A program made the translations under genes and the position numbers. 64,000 nucleotides of DNA, taken from NCBI RefSeq assembly GCF_036971445.1, contig NC_091470.1:221092001-221156000 (forward strand), given 5' to 3'. Source of the stretch: Narcine bancroftii. Its lineage: Eukaryota. The stretch's first letter is position 1. Every line of letters starts with the position of its first letter. Positions 27,401 to 39,765 of the stretch are shown here, in pieces. The notes beneath the pieces are model-generated. The model saw only the letters and a list, made by a program, of their open reading frames with translations. It had not been told where the DNA came from and ran no database searches.

Positions 27401-28854
27401 AATTTAGTGAAGCCCCACATTCAAATATCACTTTTAAGTTTTTTTCTTTTGTAGATGTTGTAAGTAGCATTTTTTTTTGCCATCACTATGTTCTAAAATA
27501 TAATCTGGTACTTTGCATAACTTTTAAATATCATGTCAGACATGCAATAATCTGAATGGAAGGATCATTTTTGAATCTTTTTAAATTCAGTGTACATTGT
27601 TCAACAACGCTTCTATTATCAGGCATGCAAAATTCCCTTTCCTTTAAAGGTAATCAAAAAGGATTTAAATGCAATAAAGATCATTAACCAGCTTGGCAGA
27701 TTTTGACACCAAATCCGAGAACTGCTGCTCTTCCTTTGGAGGTTCTTGCTTGTCCCTGAAGCACTCAGGGAAGTCAGTCTTGAACTGCTGTTCCCTTAGC
27801 CTAAGAAGCTTAACAATCAATATCTTGTGGACACATAACCGACTGATCCTGAACCTCATTTCTTCTTCCTGATTGTCCATTAATCGTCCAACCAAGCATA
27901 GTTTTGACAGCGTAAAGGCCCATTTCCCACATTCCTTATCATACCTAAGGGTTCGGAAACTTTTGGTACATCTGAACCAATCAGGAACTCCATCTCAGAA
28001 TTGATTTTGCATGAACAAACATTTTTCAAATGCGTCCAAGGTGCAATAGCATTTCGATGTGGGGTGTTTCCTTCATTCACGGGCATAGTTTACTGAGTGG
28101 ATACACCTGGGAGTTCATAAAAATTGTTACTATCCTGTCCAGTGACCTCTACGCCCCAAACAATTCTGGTTTCAATTATTTTAACTTGACCTATAGTTCT
28201 CAATAGAATTTTTGACCTTCTTCCTTTGAGATGAAGCTAATTCTTTAGCCCCACGGTGCAAAATGACACAGTGCTTCCTGGGTCAAAAAATGCATAAGTA
28301 CTTACTATTGCACTTCCTCTCTTGATCTGTACAGGTACTATTAAAAGTTTGCAGTTGTTCTCACTGGTCCCAGTCAGACTATTTGATTGTTTCCATCTGC
28401 TTCTTTTCTTGCTGTTTGTCCCTTTTCCATATTCTTCTTTTCCTGGAAGATATGGAGTATTTTGGGCTGATTCAGACTCCACATGGCATAGCTGAGTCCA
28501 TTTTTGCAGTTTTTGCTGATGTCTCCTTTATACAGACACCAAAACATACTCCATTGTCCTTAAGAAAAGTGACTTTCTCACCAAGTGCCTTCTTTTCCAA
28601 CTGTGCACACTTTTCCAAAGCATGCTTGTCTTTACAGGACAAACATTTCTTCACAGCAGGCAAACTTCCCTTTTCCTTCATTTCTTTATCCAGTTTTTTT
28701 TTCAATTTTGGTTGAGGGTATGATTTGGACCTCAAGATTTTAGCTTACTGTCTGAGTATCTTTGATATTTCCACGTCCTGGATCAGTAACAATGTCCACT
28801 TGTTCCTTCAATTTAACTTGGCCAAATCCTTAAAAGTAGCTCTTTCATTGCATT

Positions 28855-28930
28855 TAACCATATAACCATATAATCATATAACCATTTACGGAGTGGAAAC
28901 AGGCCATGTTGGCCTTTCGATCTCATCTGG
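28855..28930 (-). mobile_element. CR1/HE1-type 3' tail inserted in BEL gag
   Basis: Minus strand GGCCTGTTTCCACTCCGTAAA followed by (TGGTTATA)n tail. Confidence 0.7.
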
Positions 28931-30488
28931 TATGGTCATCTATTTAAAATGATTTGCATGTTAGTAGGCATGTCAAGCTCTTATAGATAGTAGATCTCAG
29001 CTATGGCATTGGGACATCCTCTTGTAGAATTTTTGTGTCATCCGGTTTTATTGATGACCATAAAAGAGCCTTCTGTATGTAAGCTGTAGAAAATTTATGC
29101 AAGTTGCCAAAATGTTTCTTTAATAAAGACTTAGCACTTTTGAATCCTTCATTCAAGGGCATATGATGGCAACTCCTTACAAGTTCTTGTGGTTGTCCAC
29201 TTGTAAACTGTTCCAAATATAGATAATCCTCTGAGTTTTGGCTCTTACTTTCAAGACTGCGTTCAAACTTTCTCACGAATGCTTGGAACTGAATTGGGTC
29301 TCTCTCTTGGGCAAAGAAGAGATAGATTGTAACTGGATTCATGAAGCATCCATTTTTCTTCTCATGCCCGAGCATACGTTGCTTTGTTGACCTGGATTTC
29401 TGTTACCTAATGGGAGCATCCCATATTCTCCATCGAGAAATTGTATTTAGCTCACATTTCTGTCCACTGTGGTCATTGTTGGGGTTTGAGGTTTGGCATC
29501 ACTGTGCCTTCACATGATATGTTCAGGTACATACATATCTCGTAACTATGGCACTGGCTCTGCCTTGGCATTAAATATTTTCTTTTGTCCTTCCTCAAAA
29601 TGTGACTCCGCAGCATTGGACACTTTAGTTAATTTACTTTGTAAAGCAGTTTCCTCTGTGTGTCTGAGTGCCCTCGCCTTGGCCTTATTAACAGCAATTT
29701 TTGTGTCCAGTTACAACTACCTTTTTCCTCCTTAGCTGATGCTTTTCACTCCTTAATTGTTCCTCCTGATCTTAAAGGCATCTTTATTTTTAAGTAATTC
29801 TTGTTGTGCAACAAAAGCAGCCAATTCAATCTGATTCTTTAAATGTGCAGATGCAGTCCTTGAAGTACGAGAAACTATGAAGCTTGCTCTAGAACCTCTT
29901 TTGCTTTTTCTGCTCCCAGCATTTAACGCACTATCGTTTGGTCGTATATCATTCAGAATGTCAGATGTTACCTTAATATCTGACTTTGTCTCCACATCAG
30001 CATCTTATGGCACATCTTCAGTTGATCTCTTTCACAGTAATTCTGTGGGGTTTGTATTCCCAGCCACCAAAACCTTCTCTTCCTTCTTTCATTCTTATTA
30101 AGAAAGCAGTTTTAGTTCCACATGTATCACTGTAATTGTTGCTGTAATTGTTCTCTAAGTCCCTTGACTTTCATCTCCTCGATACATCACTCCTCAGGGG
30201 AAACAGTTTCTGGGGCTTCTGCCATTTTATTCTCTTCCATCCAGCCAACCGCCATTCTCTGGCACCAAGCTTTCACAACAATAACTCCTAAACCAAAGGA
30301 CAAGCAGCAGTTTCTTCAAACTTGCAATAAAACACACAGAAAGAATCCTTAAAGATGGCCTACTGCTTCCAATGGCCTTGATGCTGTTGTTGAAAATTGT
30401 GTTTCCTTAAGTTCAAAATGCTCTAAACAGAGCCCAATCAATCCAATACAAATTCCAAATCCAATTTCCAACTTTCTCTTAACTTAAA

Positions 30489-30866
30489 TGTAATGATTAC
30501 TTTCCATTACAGTTGGTTGGAGGATAAAAAAAACCTTATTGTCATTCATGACTCATTCAAATAAATTTATACTAAAGTTTAGTTTTCCAAAGTTTATTAA
30601 ATGATATTAAACATTGTTAATGTTAATATAAGTTTCTAAATATTGTTACAACTGTTAAACATTGTTAGACGGTCAATAGAAAATGTCAGAACATTCTCTG
30701 TATCGTCCATTCCGCTGAACAAAAAAAACTAAAATTAACTCTTATCTCCTGGTGAACAGAGATAAACTAGCTATGTCCCTGAAGCAGAGGAGACAGCATA
30801 AAGATGCTAAACCAAAAAGCCACAAACAGACTGTGTGCAAACATGAAATACATTTTAACCCCTAGA
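30489..30866 (-). repeat. BEL/Pao 5' LTR
   Basis: TGTAATGATTACTTTCC..AACCCCTAGA; direct repeat of 24006-24402. Confidence 0.85.
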
Positions 30867-31284
30867 CAGGGTCATCAATTTCACTCTCTTCTGATGATGC
30901 TCGAGAACGTGGGTGTTTAGTAGACATGATAGGTTGTTTACAGTGGACTCATTCGCCATCACCCAGCATCACAAAGAAGTAGTGTACTCCATAGAGTAGC
31001 ATACTGCATATTGCAAATGCGGGAACCAATCAGAATTTGATATTTAAAGTATGGATTCGAACCATCATAACTTCAAAATATCATAAATCAGACCATTGTA
31101 AGTAGGGGAAAATCTGTAATATAAGGTCATTTAAAAATGTGTAATCATCTATAAAATCAAGTCTTAAGTGGAAATCTCCTCAATCACAGCCAGGAAAGTT
31201 TCATGAACTGTATATTTCTCTCTACAAGCTCCTTGTGTCTGACAATGTTGGAATTGATTTTCTGACTTGCATCCAGTGAAAATC

Positions 31285-31446
31285 AACAAATACTGCTGGA
31301 AATCAAAAATAAAACAGGGAATGATGGAAAAAAACTCAGCAGTTGCAGGCCCCATCAGTGGGAAGAGAAGCAGACTTAATGTGTCAGATCAAAGATACCA
31401 CTGATGAAGAAACTGACTGAAATGTTACCTGTATTTCTCTTCCCAA
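31285..31446. repeat. Inverted pair of Penelope-like terminal repeats
   Basis: Minus arm followed by plus arm with CTGATGA..GAAA at 31401-31422. Confidence 0.55.
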
Positions 31447-32204
31447 TAATTAGATCACATTTTATGTTTTTTTTTAAATGCGCCACATAAATTGGATTCA
31501 GCAGAAGTATTTCACACATCATTCCATAGGTAGAATCCAGGTAAAAATTGCAAGAATTATTTGTTTAAATATGGTAGCCTTTCCAATTTGCTGCAACTTG
31601 AAGTAACATGTCACCAATTTCCATGATCTCATTCAGTAGGGAGAGGAATAAATCTCCATCAGACTTCAGGGATAAATCAACATTATGCTTATTGAACATT
31701 AAGCAGATAAATAAGTAATACTAATTGCATTTGTCACCTTTCAGTATCCATTTATAGCTCCAAGAGATGATTTTCACTGTTGCTCCAGCAAGAGAAATGT
31801 AAGTTTGCATGAACTTTCAAATTAGCTTGTATCTTTGAACTAATTTATTCATTTACTATGTGTTGAAAGTCTTGACTTAGCAAAGAAAATTTCAAACTAT
31901 CCTTATTGAACAGAGCAACAGTGAACCTGCTGATAAGTGTTTCAGTCGCTATTTCTAGTCTGTGGGTCATAAGTTTTGTGCAATCTAAATTGTGATCAAT
32001 ACACTATAACATGCTTCCTAGCATTTGTTACATTGGATTGTTTTGGACCATGTGCATTCCAAAGCATGTGGAATTCCAGATAGCGCCAATCCTTGACAAA
32101 TACTCACGAGTAGTCCAGTAATGGATGGTGCACATTCTCTCTCCAACCATGTCTTCCAGCATGTCGTTCGTAAACTTATTGGCATGTAGGTTGGTGAGGG
32201 GAGT

Positions 32205-33045
32205 GAAACACAAAAGTCTACAGACACTGTGATTGGAGTAAAAGCACACAGCAAAGCTAGAGGAGCTCAATCGGTCTTGCAGCATCTGTAGGAGGTGAAG
32301 ACATCTAACCAGCATTTCGGGCATGAGCCTTTCTTCAAGGTACAAGCAAAAAAGAGGAAGGCATCTGAATAAAGGCAGAAGATGGCAAGGGGTTGAGTCC
32401 AGACCAACAGGCAAAAGGTGTTAATTGGAAATGATCAGAAGAAAGGTGAGAATTGATTTTGGCTCTGTNNNNNNNNNNNNNNNNNNNNNNNNNNNNNNNN
32501 NNNNNNNNNNNNNNNNNNNNNNNNNNNNNNNNNNNNNNNNNNNNNNNNNNNNNNNNNNNNNNNNNNNNNNNNNNNNNNNNNNNNNNNNNNNNNNNNNNNN
32601 NNNNNNNNNAAATGTGGGGAGGGGCTTTGTATCTGAAACCAGAAATTTGATGTTAATACCATCTAGTTGGAGGATACCTAGATGGAATATAAGGTGTTAT
32701 TCCTCCAATTTGTGGGTGGTCTCAGTCTAGCGGTGCAAGAGTTGATGGACAAGCATGTCAGCAAGGGAATGGGAGGGGAAAATGAAATGGGTGGTCACTG
32801 GGAGATCCACTCTATTGTCGCGGACTGAGCTGAGATGCTCAGCAAAGCAATCTCCCCGTCTCCGCCCAGTATTTTTGATGTAGAAGAGACCACAACGGGA
32901 ACACTGGATGCAGTAGCTGGCCCCTGCAGAATCACAAGTGAAATGTTGATTCACTTGGAAGGACTGTTTGGGGCCCCGGTGAGGAAGGAGGTGTATAGTA
33001 TGCCAGTGGAGCATCTCCTGCGGTCACAGGGGAAGGTGTTAAGGG
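32205..33045 (-). mobile_element. Penelope-like retroelement 3' part (GIY-YIG endonuclease plus terminal repeat with hammerhead motif)
   Basis: FQVNQHFTCDS..YCIQCSRCGLFYI..TGRR..FAEH; TTGAAGA-AAGGCTCATGCCC-GAAA at about 32315-32338 on minus. Confidence 0.88.
32469..32609. other. N gap (141 nt)
   Basis: Run of N. Confidence 1.
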
Positions 33046-33324
33046 GACAATTGAAAATAGATGGGTGAGCATGTGGTTACAGGGAGATAATGGGAGAACT
33101 GGATTGACAGGGCTGTTCTGAAAATCAGCGCAATCAGAATGAATTAAATGGCCTTTTATGTTATAGGGAAGCAGGTGAGGTATGTTTGAAGATCTATTGA
33201 GCCTGACTCAGCTCCCTTTGCACTTGATAAAGCAATGGATGACATAAGCAGACACCCCAAACCTCTCCCACTTATAAATAGATTCTTAATTCACAGCAGC
33301 TTGCTTGGGAATGTAATTACATCA

Positions 33325-34205
33325 CGTTGATGCAATCATGAAGAAGGCACACCAGTGGCTATACTTCATGAGGAGCTTGAGGAGATTTGATACGTCGCCA
33401 AAGACTCACAAATGGAAAGCATTCCGACTGATAGGAAAAGAATGTTTATAAACTCAACCAATATCATCATGGACATTTAGTCTTCACTCCATTAAGGACA
33501 TCGTTAATAGGCGGTGTATCCTCAATAATCAAGGATCACCATGCTCTTTTCTCATTTCTACCATCAGAAAGGATGTACAAAAGTCTGAGGATACCCCCCC
33601 ACCCCTCCCCCGCAGTACAATAACAACTTCTTCCCTCCGCAATCAGATTACTGATCAGACAATGAAGCTATAGAGAATTTTTCTTGCCACTCACATCCCA
33701 CTTTAAGTATTCCCTATACCATTAGATGCTCTGTGATTAGTAAGGGATTGCTTAAGGTGGGATGTGGGTGGAAAGAAACCATTTGAAAATCACTGTTTTA
33801 ATCGTACCTTATTGACTTGTTATGTGCACAGTTTCATAACTCCAAAGGAAATGGGCGAATGACAATTTTTCTCAAGCAAATGATTTCAGTATCAATTGGG
33901 TCTAGAGCAGTGATTCTTCCCACACACATCCCACCGTAAGCAATCCCATACTAATCACAGAGCACCCATGGCAGAAGGGATTACATAAAGTGGGATGTTA
34001 ATGGAAAGAAAAAGGTGGAGAACCACTGCTATAGAGCCTGACACTACCTCACTTTTTTCTCATTTTGCACTATAATTTATTTTTTAAATTGGGTATTTAT
34101 GGAATTGTAATTGATTGCGATTTTGTACCCATAATGCACAATACTGCCGCTGGAAAACAACAGATTTACTGATGCATGTTCATGACAGTAAACCTGATTC
34201 TGATG
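33325..34205 (+). mobile_element. Rex1-type LINE 3' fragment interrupted by a hAT MITE
   Basis: LYFMRSLRRF-type text, resuming after 34036 to the ACAGTAAACCTGATTCTGA tail. Confidence 0.7.
33676..34028. mobile_element. hAT/Charlie-like MITE made of two palindromic units
   Basis: 8-bp TSD CTATAGAG (33668-75, 34029-36); right end GGTGGAGAACCACTG; left TIR eroded. Confidence 0.8.
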
Positions 34206-34534
34206 TCAATTGAACTACACACTGAGAGCTGTAAAGGTCACTTCTTTAAAAAATATATTGTTTAGTTGAAGGATGCTATAATTTTTTGGAGACACCTGAG
34301 TGCTTTACTGGTGCTTGACCATGCCTCCAGTATAATCAGGGGTGGTAACCAAGTGGAACTTTTCTCCTTTTCCCCCTTATTTAATATTTTTGAAAGTGAG
34401 TATTTTCACTGAAGGTATTAACACACAGTGGTCCTGCTACACATGAAAGAACATCTTGGCTTTTTGACACTCCAGTACTGATTATGGGCATCTTCTACTA
34501 CTGCCCTACAAATGTCCGGGTTTATTTTCATTGC

Positions 34535-34720
34535 GAAGGAACTCAGCAAGTGATGCATCATCAAAGGACAGCAGAAGGCCGTCAATGTTTTGGGCCTGTG
34601 CCCTTCTTCAGGAGTACTGAAAAGAGGCAGACTGCCTTTCAGTTTCTATGTACGCTGTGTGACCTGCTGAGATACCCCAGCACTTTTGTGCATTGCACCA
34701 GAGCCCTGGTTTTCTTGTTT
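34535..34720. repeat. Inverted pair of Penelope-like terminal repeats
   Basis: Minus arm with CTGAAGA-AGGGCACAGGCCC-AAAA, then plus arm ..GACCTGCTGAG..CCAGCACTTTTGTG. Confidence 0.65.
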
Positions 34721-35272
34721 ACCCACAAGATTTATTTTATTCTGCTGATAACATGACACAGGGTGAAAATAACCTCTGGACCTTTGGTGGCGTATTGACT
34801 TCCTTGGAAAATCTTTCATAATCACCTATAGTTTGAACAAATTTCTATTCAGTTCCAGGTTTCAAATTGAAATAAAATTTCTGGAGCACTTCAAGAACTT
34901 GTTCCCTGTGTTTCACATGGTTCTTTACTCCTTAAGGGCTTTTGCCTTAAGCACAACACTATGTTCAGCATTGGTAGCTGTCTTCCATGTAGAAATTTAT
35001 CAAAGACTTTCGGAAATCTGAGGGCTGTAATGTCTCATGGTTTTGCATAGATCACAGTTATCAAGATGTTAGGGGCACAAGATCAGTTGTTTCAGAAGCA
35101 AGGTAATTGTTAATGGATGTATTAAGATAAAAGTAGTCCTTAAGTTTGTGTTTGACATTTTACTGGTTATAGAAATAAAGATGTTACATCTATACTTTCA
35201 TTTTAAATGGCTGAAGTGCTTTATATTGTAGCTAACCTTAAATGGATGGCTGCAAACTGGAAAGGTCGGAGA

Positions 35273-35531
35273 TGCAGCGGCAGCCACATGGAACAAATTC
35301 GAACAGAAACCACGAGCTGAGGTTGATTTCGTTTTCAACAAGTGTTTATTCAAAAGCCCGTGTGGCGCTTTAAGAGGCGGTCTCAAGTCCCGCCCCTGCA
35401 TCGGCTGTGATGCGGTGACGCAGCCGAGGGTGCGTGCGATCCCCCTTGGCCACAAGGGATCCCAAACCTAGCGGTGCCACGGCCTTTACATGCGGAGCTG
35501 GTTTGCCTGCATCGCGATGTGCGCCGCCACA
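35273..35531 (-). mobile_element. Solo LTR (Gypsy-like, CpG-rich)
   Basis: TGCAGCGGC..GCCGCCACA inverted termini, AATAAA on minus (35345-50), flanks GAGA/GAGG. Confidence 0.7.
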
Positions 35532-35608
35532 GAGGATTTATATTTGTTTGTAATGTACTGCACATTAATGTTGCATGCTATTAATCCAATCAGTCTGTTT
35601 CAGTAAGC

Positions 35609-35756
35609 NNNNNNNNNNNNNNNNNNNNNNNNNNNNNNNNNNNNNNNNNNNNNNNNNNNNNNNNNNNNNNNNNNNNNNNNNNNNNNNNNNNNNNNNNNNN
35701 NNNNNNNNNNNNNNNNNNNNNNNNNNNNNNNNNNNNNNNNNNNNNNNNNNNNNNNN
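35609..35756. other. N gap (148 nt)
   Basis: Run of N. Confidence 1.
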
Positions 35757-36158
35757 AGGGCAAGCGTGGACCAGTACTATCAGCTCCCTGTGACTGCAGG
35801 AGGAATGAGAAATCTGCTGATGTAAAATATGGTTGATTTTTGAAGAAGAAAAACACAACATCATGTGCGCTGTAAATTACATTTCTCACCTTTGGAATTA
35901 CAGCCACATAAGGAAATGCAAGAGTTTTCTTGCGCTTATCAGCAAGTTTGAGGAGGAAAAAGATTTATTGGTGCCTTCTCAGCTGCCTGCCTGACATTCT
36001 CAAGGCAGTAAACTGATTGATGTTGCTTAAATCACCATTGAAGCCTGTAATGAGCCAGTGATGCAGCTGCTGAGGACAGTGTAATCCCAACACCCCACTG
36101 TCCAGCAAGTCATCCTAAGGTTTTCATATTTTAATTTACAACCATCCTAACATCCAGG

Positions 36159-36311
36159 NNNNNNNNNNNNNNNNNNNNNNNNNNNNNNNNNNNNNNNNNN
36201 NNNNNNNNNNNNNNNNNNNNNNNNNNNNNNNNNNNNNNNNNNNNNNNNNNNNNNNNNNNNNNNNNNNNNNNNNNNNNNNNNNNNNNNNNNNNNNNNNNNN
36301 NNNNNNNNNNN
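36159..36311. other. N gap (153 nt)
   Basis: Run of N. Confidence 1.
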
Positions 36312-37589
36312 TGCTGACAAGTGACATACCCTCTCCACTGCTACACAGGAGCCTGATCACCCCCAGAGAGTGTAATTGAAGACCTCAGGCAGATGGTTTA
36401 TTTTTCTCTCTGTACTCTGGTCCAATTGTAGTTTGCTGTAAATGGCCTCCATTTTGGACTGGTCAAGCCTTTGAGAAAGGCCAAGGAAATGTGAATGAAG
36501 AAGGAGGATATGGAAGCTCAGAATCTTGAAGAAAGCCAAGGGTGAACACCATCACAAGAAATGCAAAGCGATAAATTATCCTTGAGTCAATTCCCCCCTC
36601 AATTCTTCATCAGATCAAAAGTCCTCCTGAGATACGACAAAATCTTCATCCACCTGAATGCCTCAAACAGCATGTGATTGTGAGTGTCAAAATTTATATA
36701 ACTAAGAATCTGGAACCATAACAGCACTTAACCACCTCTTTTGGACGCAATTCCTTGCTAATGTTTTGTGAGGGAATAGTGTGGTTTGGTCAAAGTGTTC
36801 AGGAAGCCCTTTTTCTCTTTCATTCATTCCACTCATGGAATATGGACCATGAGATGTTGACACTGATAGCTCATCCCCTGTTGGTCTGAAAAAAGGCAAA
36901 GTTATAAATCAACCACCTTCGCGGTTCGAGAGTCAAGGATGAGGAAAAGAGAGCACAATTTTATTTCTGAAGAGCTTGAAGACCAGTTGAGTTTTTACAA
37001 CAGTCATGTGAATTCATGGTTGCTGTTATCAGATAAGGTTTTTTCTGAAGTTTCAGGCTGCTTTCTAATAATTATAACTGCCCTTGCTTTATTCTTGCTT
37101 TCATTGATGCACTGAATGCCTGATGTTTTCTAAAAAAATTAACAAAACATAAATACTTGCCAAGACATCTGTTAAATGAGGACCAAGTAGCACTTGATGC
37201 TCTGGCTAGAGCTAAGGGAAAGCTGAGAAGTTGAACGGAGAGTGTATCCAATGCCTTGGAGTAGCTACTTAATGCTGAGTCCAGAGCTAGGCTGAGAGGA
37301 CAGATCTGCACATGTATGAGTTCTTGAGTATTTGTAACTTTTGGACTGCAGTGTCAGACACATACATCTTAAATACACTGCCAAGAATTCTGCCAGGTTT
37401 TAGTATATTTTGGACAATCATTATTGTTTTCCTGGACTCATTCCATTGTCGACTTCATGACAACTCCTCTGAGCTTGCTCTACTATTCTACTTCAACCTC
37501 ATAGATAACACAGCATACATCCTCCAATTCTTGATGGGAAGAAGTGCCAGAAGGCAGTGAATACAACTCCCCACACAATGCAAACTTCC

Positions 37590-38205
37590 CTCCCATCATC
37601 TTTAAGCCTGTTGATGTGGGTTTTCATGCTTTTGAGGCTGCTTTCAAAGGGAGGAGGGAGAAGAGAGGGTGTCTGGGATGTGAAGGGTCTTCCAGTTTGT
37701 TGGCTGCCTTTCCTAGGCAGTGGAACATGCAGACGGAGTCCATGTAGGGGAGTTCGCATAATATTCTGAACTGCCCTTACTATATTCCGTGGCTTCTTCC
37801 AATCTTGAGAAATGCAGATCCCATACCACTCTGTGACACACCCAGCAAGCATGCTTTCGATGATGCACCTGTAGAAGTTGTTGAGGGATGAGGGTGACAT
37901 GCTGAACTTCTTTAATCCTCTGATAAAGTGGAGGTGCATCTTTTGGGCCATCACATTAACGTGTTCTCCCCAGGTGAGGTCATTAGAGATATTTATTCCT
38001 AAGAACTTGAAACTATCTACTCTTTCCTCTTCAACATCATTAATATGGTCAGGGGTGCGGCCTCTTCCCCCTCTCCAAATGTTAGTGATAATCTCCTTCA
38101 TTTTATTGACATTAAGAGAGAGAGGTAATTATCTTGGCTCAATAGAAAGCCAATAGACTTTCAATCTTTTTTCTGCGTTCATTGTTACCCACTGAGTAGT
38201 AAAGG
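37590..38205 (-). mobile_element. Rex1-type LINE 3' fragment
   Basis: ERVDSFKFLGINISNDLTW..NFYRCIIESML. Confidence 0.85.
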
Positions 38206-39765
38206 AGTCAGCAAAGAATCTGGTATGGTGCATAATTCAGATGGATAAGATGGAAGTGAAGTGAGCCATGGCAGATGAAGTCATTTATCCATGTAAGGAA
38301 AATCTAAGTGACCTCAGAATATAGGTTCTTTTAGATTAAACAAGACTGATGGAAACCTGGGGATTGAACCACTGGAGCGCTGGGGTCTCCTTGGAGCTTT
38401 AATTAAGCTCAGGATACAAGAATAGTTTCATTTTCAGACCTGCAATGACAAATGAATGTTATGAGATGCCTTGTAATTGAAATAAATAAATATGAAACAT
38501 TCATGTCAGAACAAAAATGATCATATACCCTCACCTCACATTACAGAGCCTCTCAGTCCATTTCAGATGTATTCATCGAGCCTGAGGTGGAGGGGGTGGG
38601 TGTGGGGGTCGGGCGGGGGGATGGGGATTGTGCAGCTGGTGACTTTTAGCACCGAAAGTTACATTCGAGTCCAAGTTTAAAAAAAAAACAAGTAATGGAT
38701 CTCTGAAAGGAGGAAGGAGGTTATTTCATCTTACTGCATTCTCCTGGCTTTTTCTCATGGTTCTTTCCCATCAAATAAACACCCAGTATTCTTTTAAAAG
38801 TAACAAATGAATTTACCTCCTTAACTACACTTGGCAGTGTCATTTACTTACAAAAAAATTCCTTTCAATTTTTCATTTTTTTCTAAATCACTTTGTTCTT
38901 TGTCTCCAAATTGAGGATCCCTCTAACAATGAGATCAGTATCTTTGAATTGTCTCTGTCTATACCTTTATTTCACTTTTAAATACCTGCATTCACTTGAC
39001 CTTGTACTGTTTCCTCCACCAAAAAAAGACAACCTCAGCTTCTAGTCTGAATGCAGATTTAAAATTCCCAATTCCTGGATCATTTTTAGTATTTTCTCTC
39101 ATCGACATTCTTTCTAAAACTTTTAAATCTTTAATGAATGATGGTGCTCAAACATGGACAGAAGACAGTTGTATCCAAACAGTTCGTCATTATTTTCCTG
39201 ATTTTGTGCTTCGAATTTAATCAAAGGCATTTGTGTGTTTTAATGACTTTATCAGATTGTCCTTCTATGTTCATTAAACTATGCACGTACTCCCCTTGGT
39301 CACTCCACTCTTGATTCCCTTTTAGAATTGTGCACCTAGTTTGTATTGGCTTTGGGTTACAAGAGTTGGAACGCAGTTTACAACTATAGAAAACGTTAGT
39401 TATGGTGGTGAAAACTTTTTGGTTGCCATGCCACGGGAAGGATGTGATGACATGAGAGTGCAGAAGAGATTCACTGGGGTGGAGGAATTTTGATACAAGA
39501 AGAGATTGGATGGGCTGGGTTTGTCCTCAATTGGAGTGCAATTTCTTTGGATACTGAGAGGCATAAATGGAGTAAATTGTCAGTCTTTTATCAAGGAGGA
39601 GTCCAACCCTGTTGACTTAAGGATAAAAGAGAGAAATTTAAAAGAGATCTAAGGTGCAGGATTATTTTACTCAGAGGGTGGTATTATATGGAGCAATCTG
39701 CCAGAGGTGGTGGTAAAGGCAAATACAGTTGTAAAGCTTAAAAGGTATTTGGACCGGTACATATA

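Larger units (their letters stand above)
24006..30866 (-). mobile_element. Full-length decayed BEL/Pao LTR retrotransposon
   Basis: Two diverged LTRs; on minus: DUF1759-like gag (YLEQFTSGQPQELVRSC), Zn knuckles, protease (AFFDPGS), RT (NFYVDDCL), A17/RNase H (LHHLADAC, GKARVAP), integrase (LRVGGRL, MADLP) in BEL order. Confidence 0.93.
23781..31116. mobile_element. Non-autonomous Tigger/TcMar DNA element (23781-24005 plus about 30867-31116) split by the BEL/Pao insertion
   Basis: Left end TA|CAGGTGCTCCTCCACTTATGATGG and right end CCATTGTAAGTAGGGGAAAATCTG|TA are imperfect TIRs with a TA TSD; sub-terminal CCATCATAAGTCGAAAA motif at both ends. Confidence 0.75.

Noticed and set aside
32028-32200. 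Minus-strand frame (FTNDMLEDMVGERM..) with a GTGAGT donor near 32110
   Set aside because: No acceptor found, the ORF's upstream part is Penelope repeat, and any family resemblance is too weak
36702-36899. Minus-strand ORF after a pyrimidine-rich AG
   Set aside because: No recognisable homology, weak donor, no partner exon
37160-37311. Coiled-coil-like reading (LNEDQVALDALARAKGKL) faintly like myosin rod
   Set aside because: Two in-frame stops, no clear splice sites, similarity not convincing
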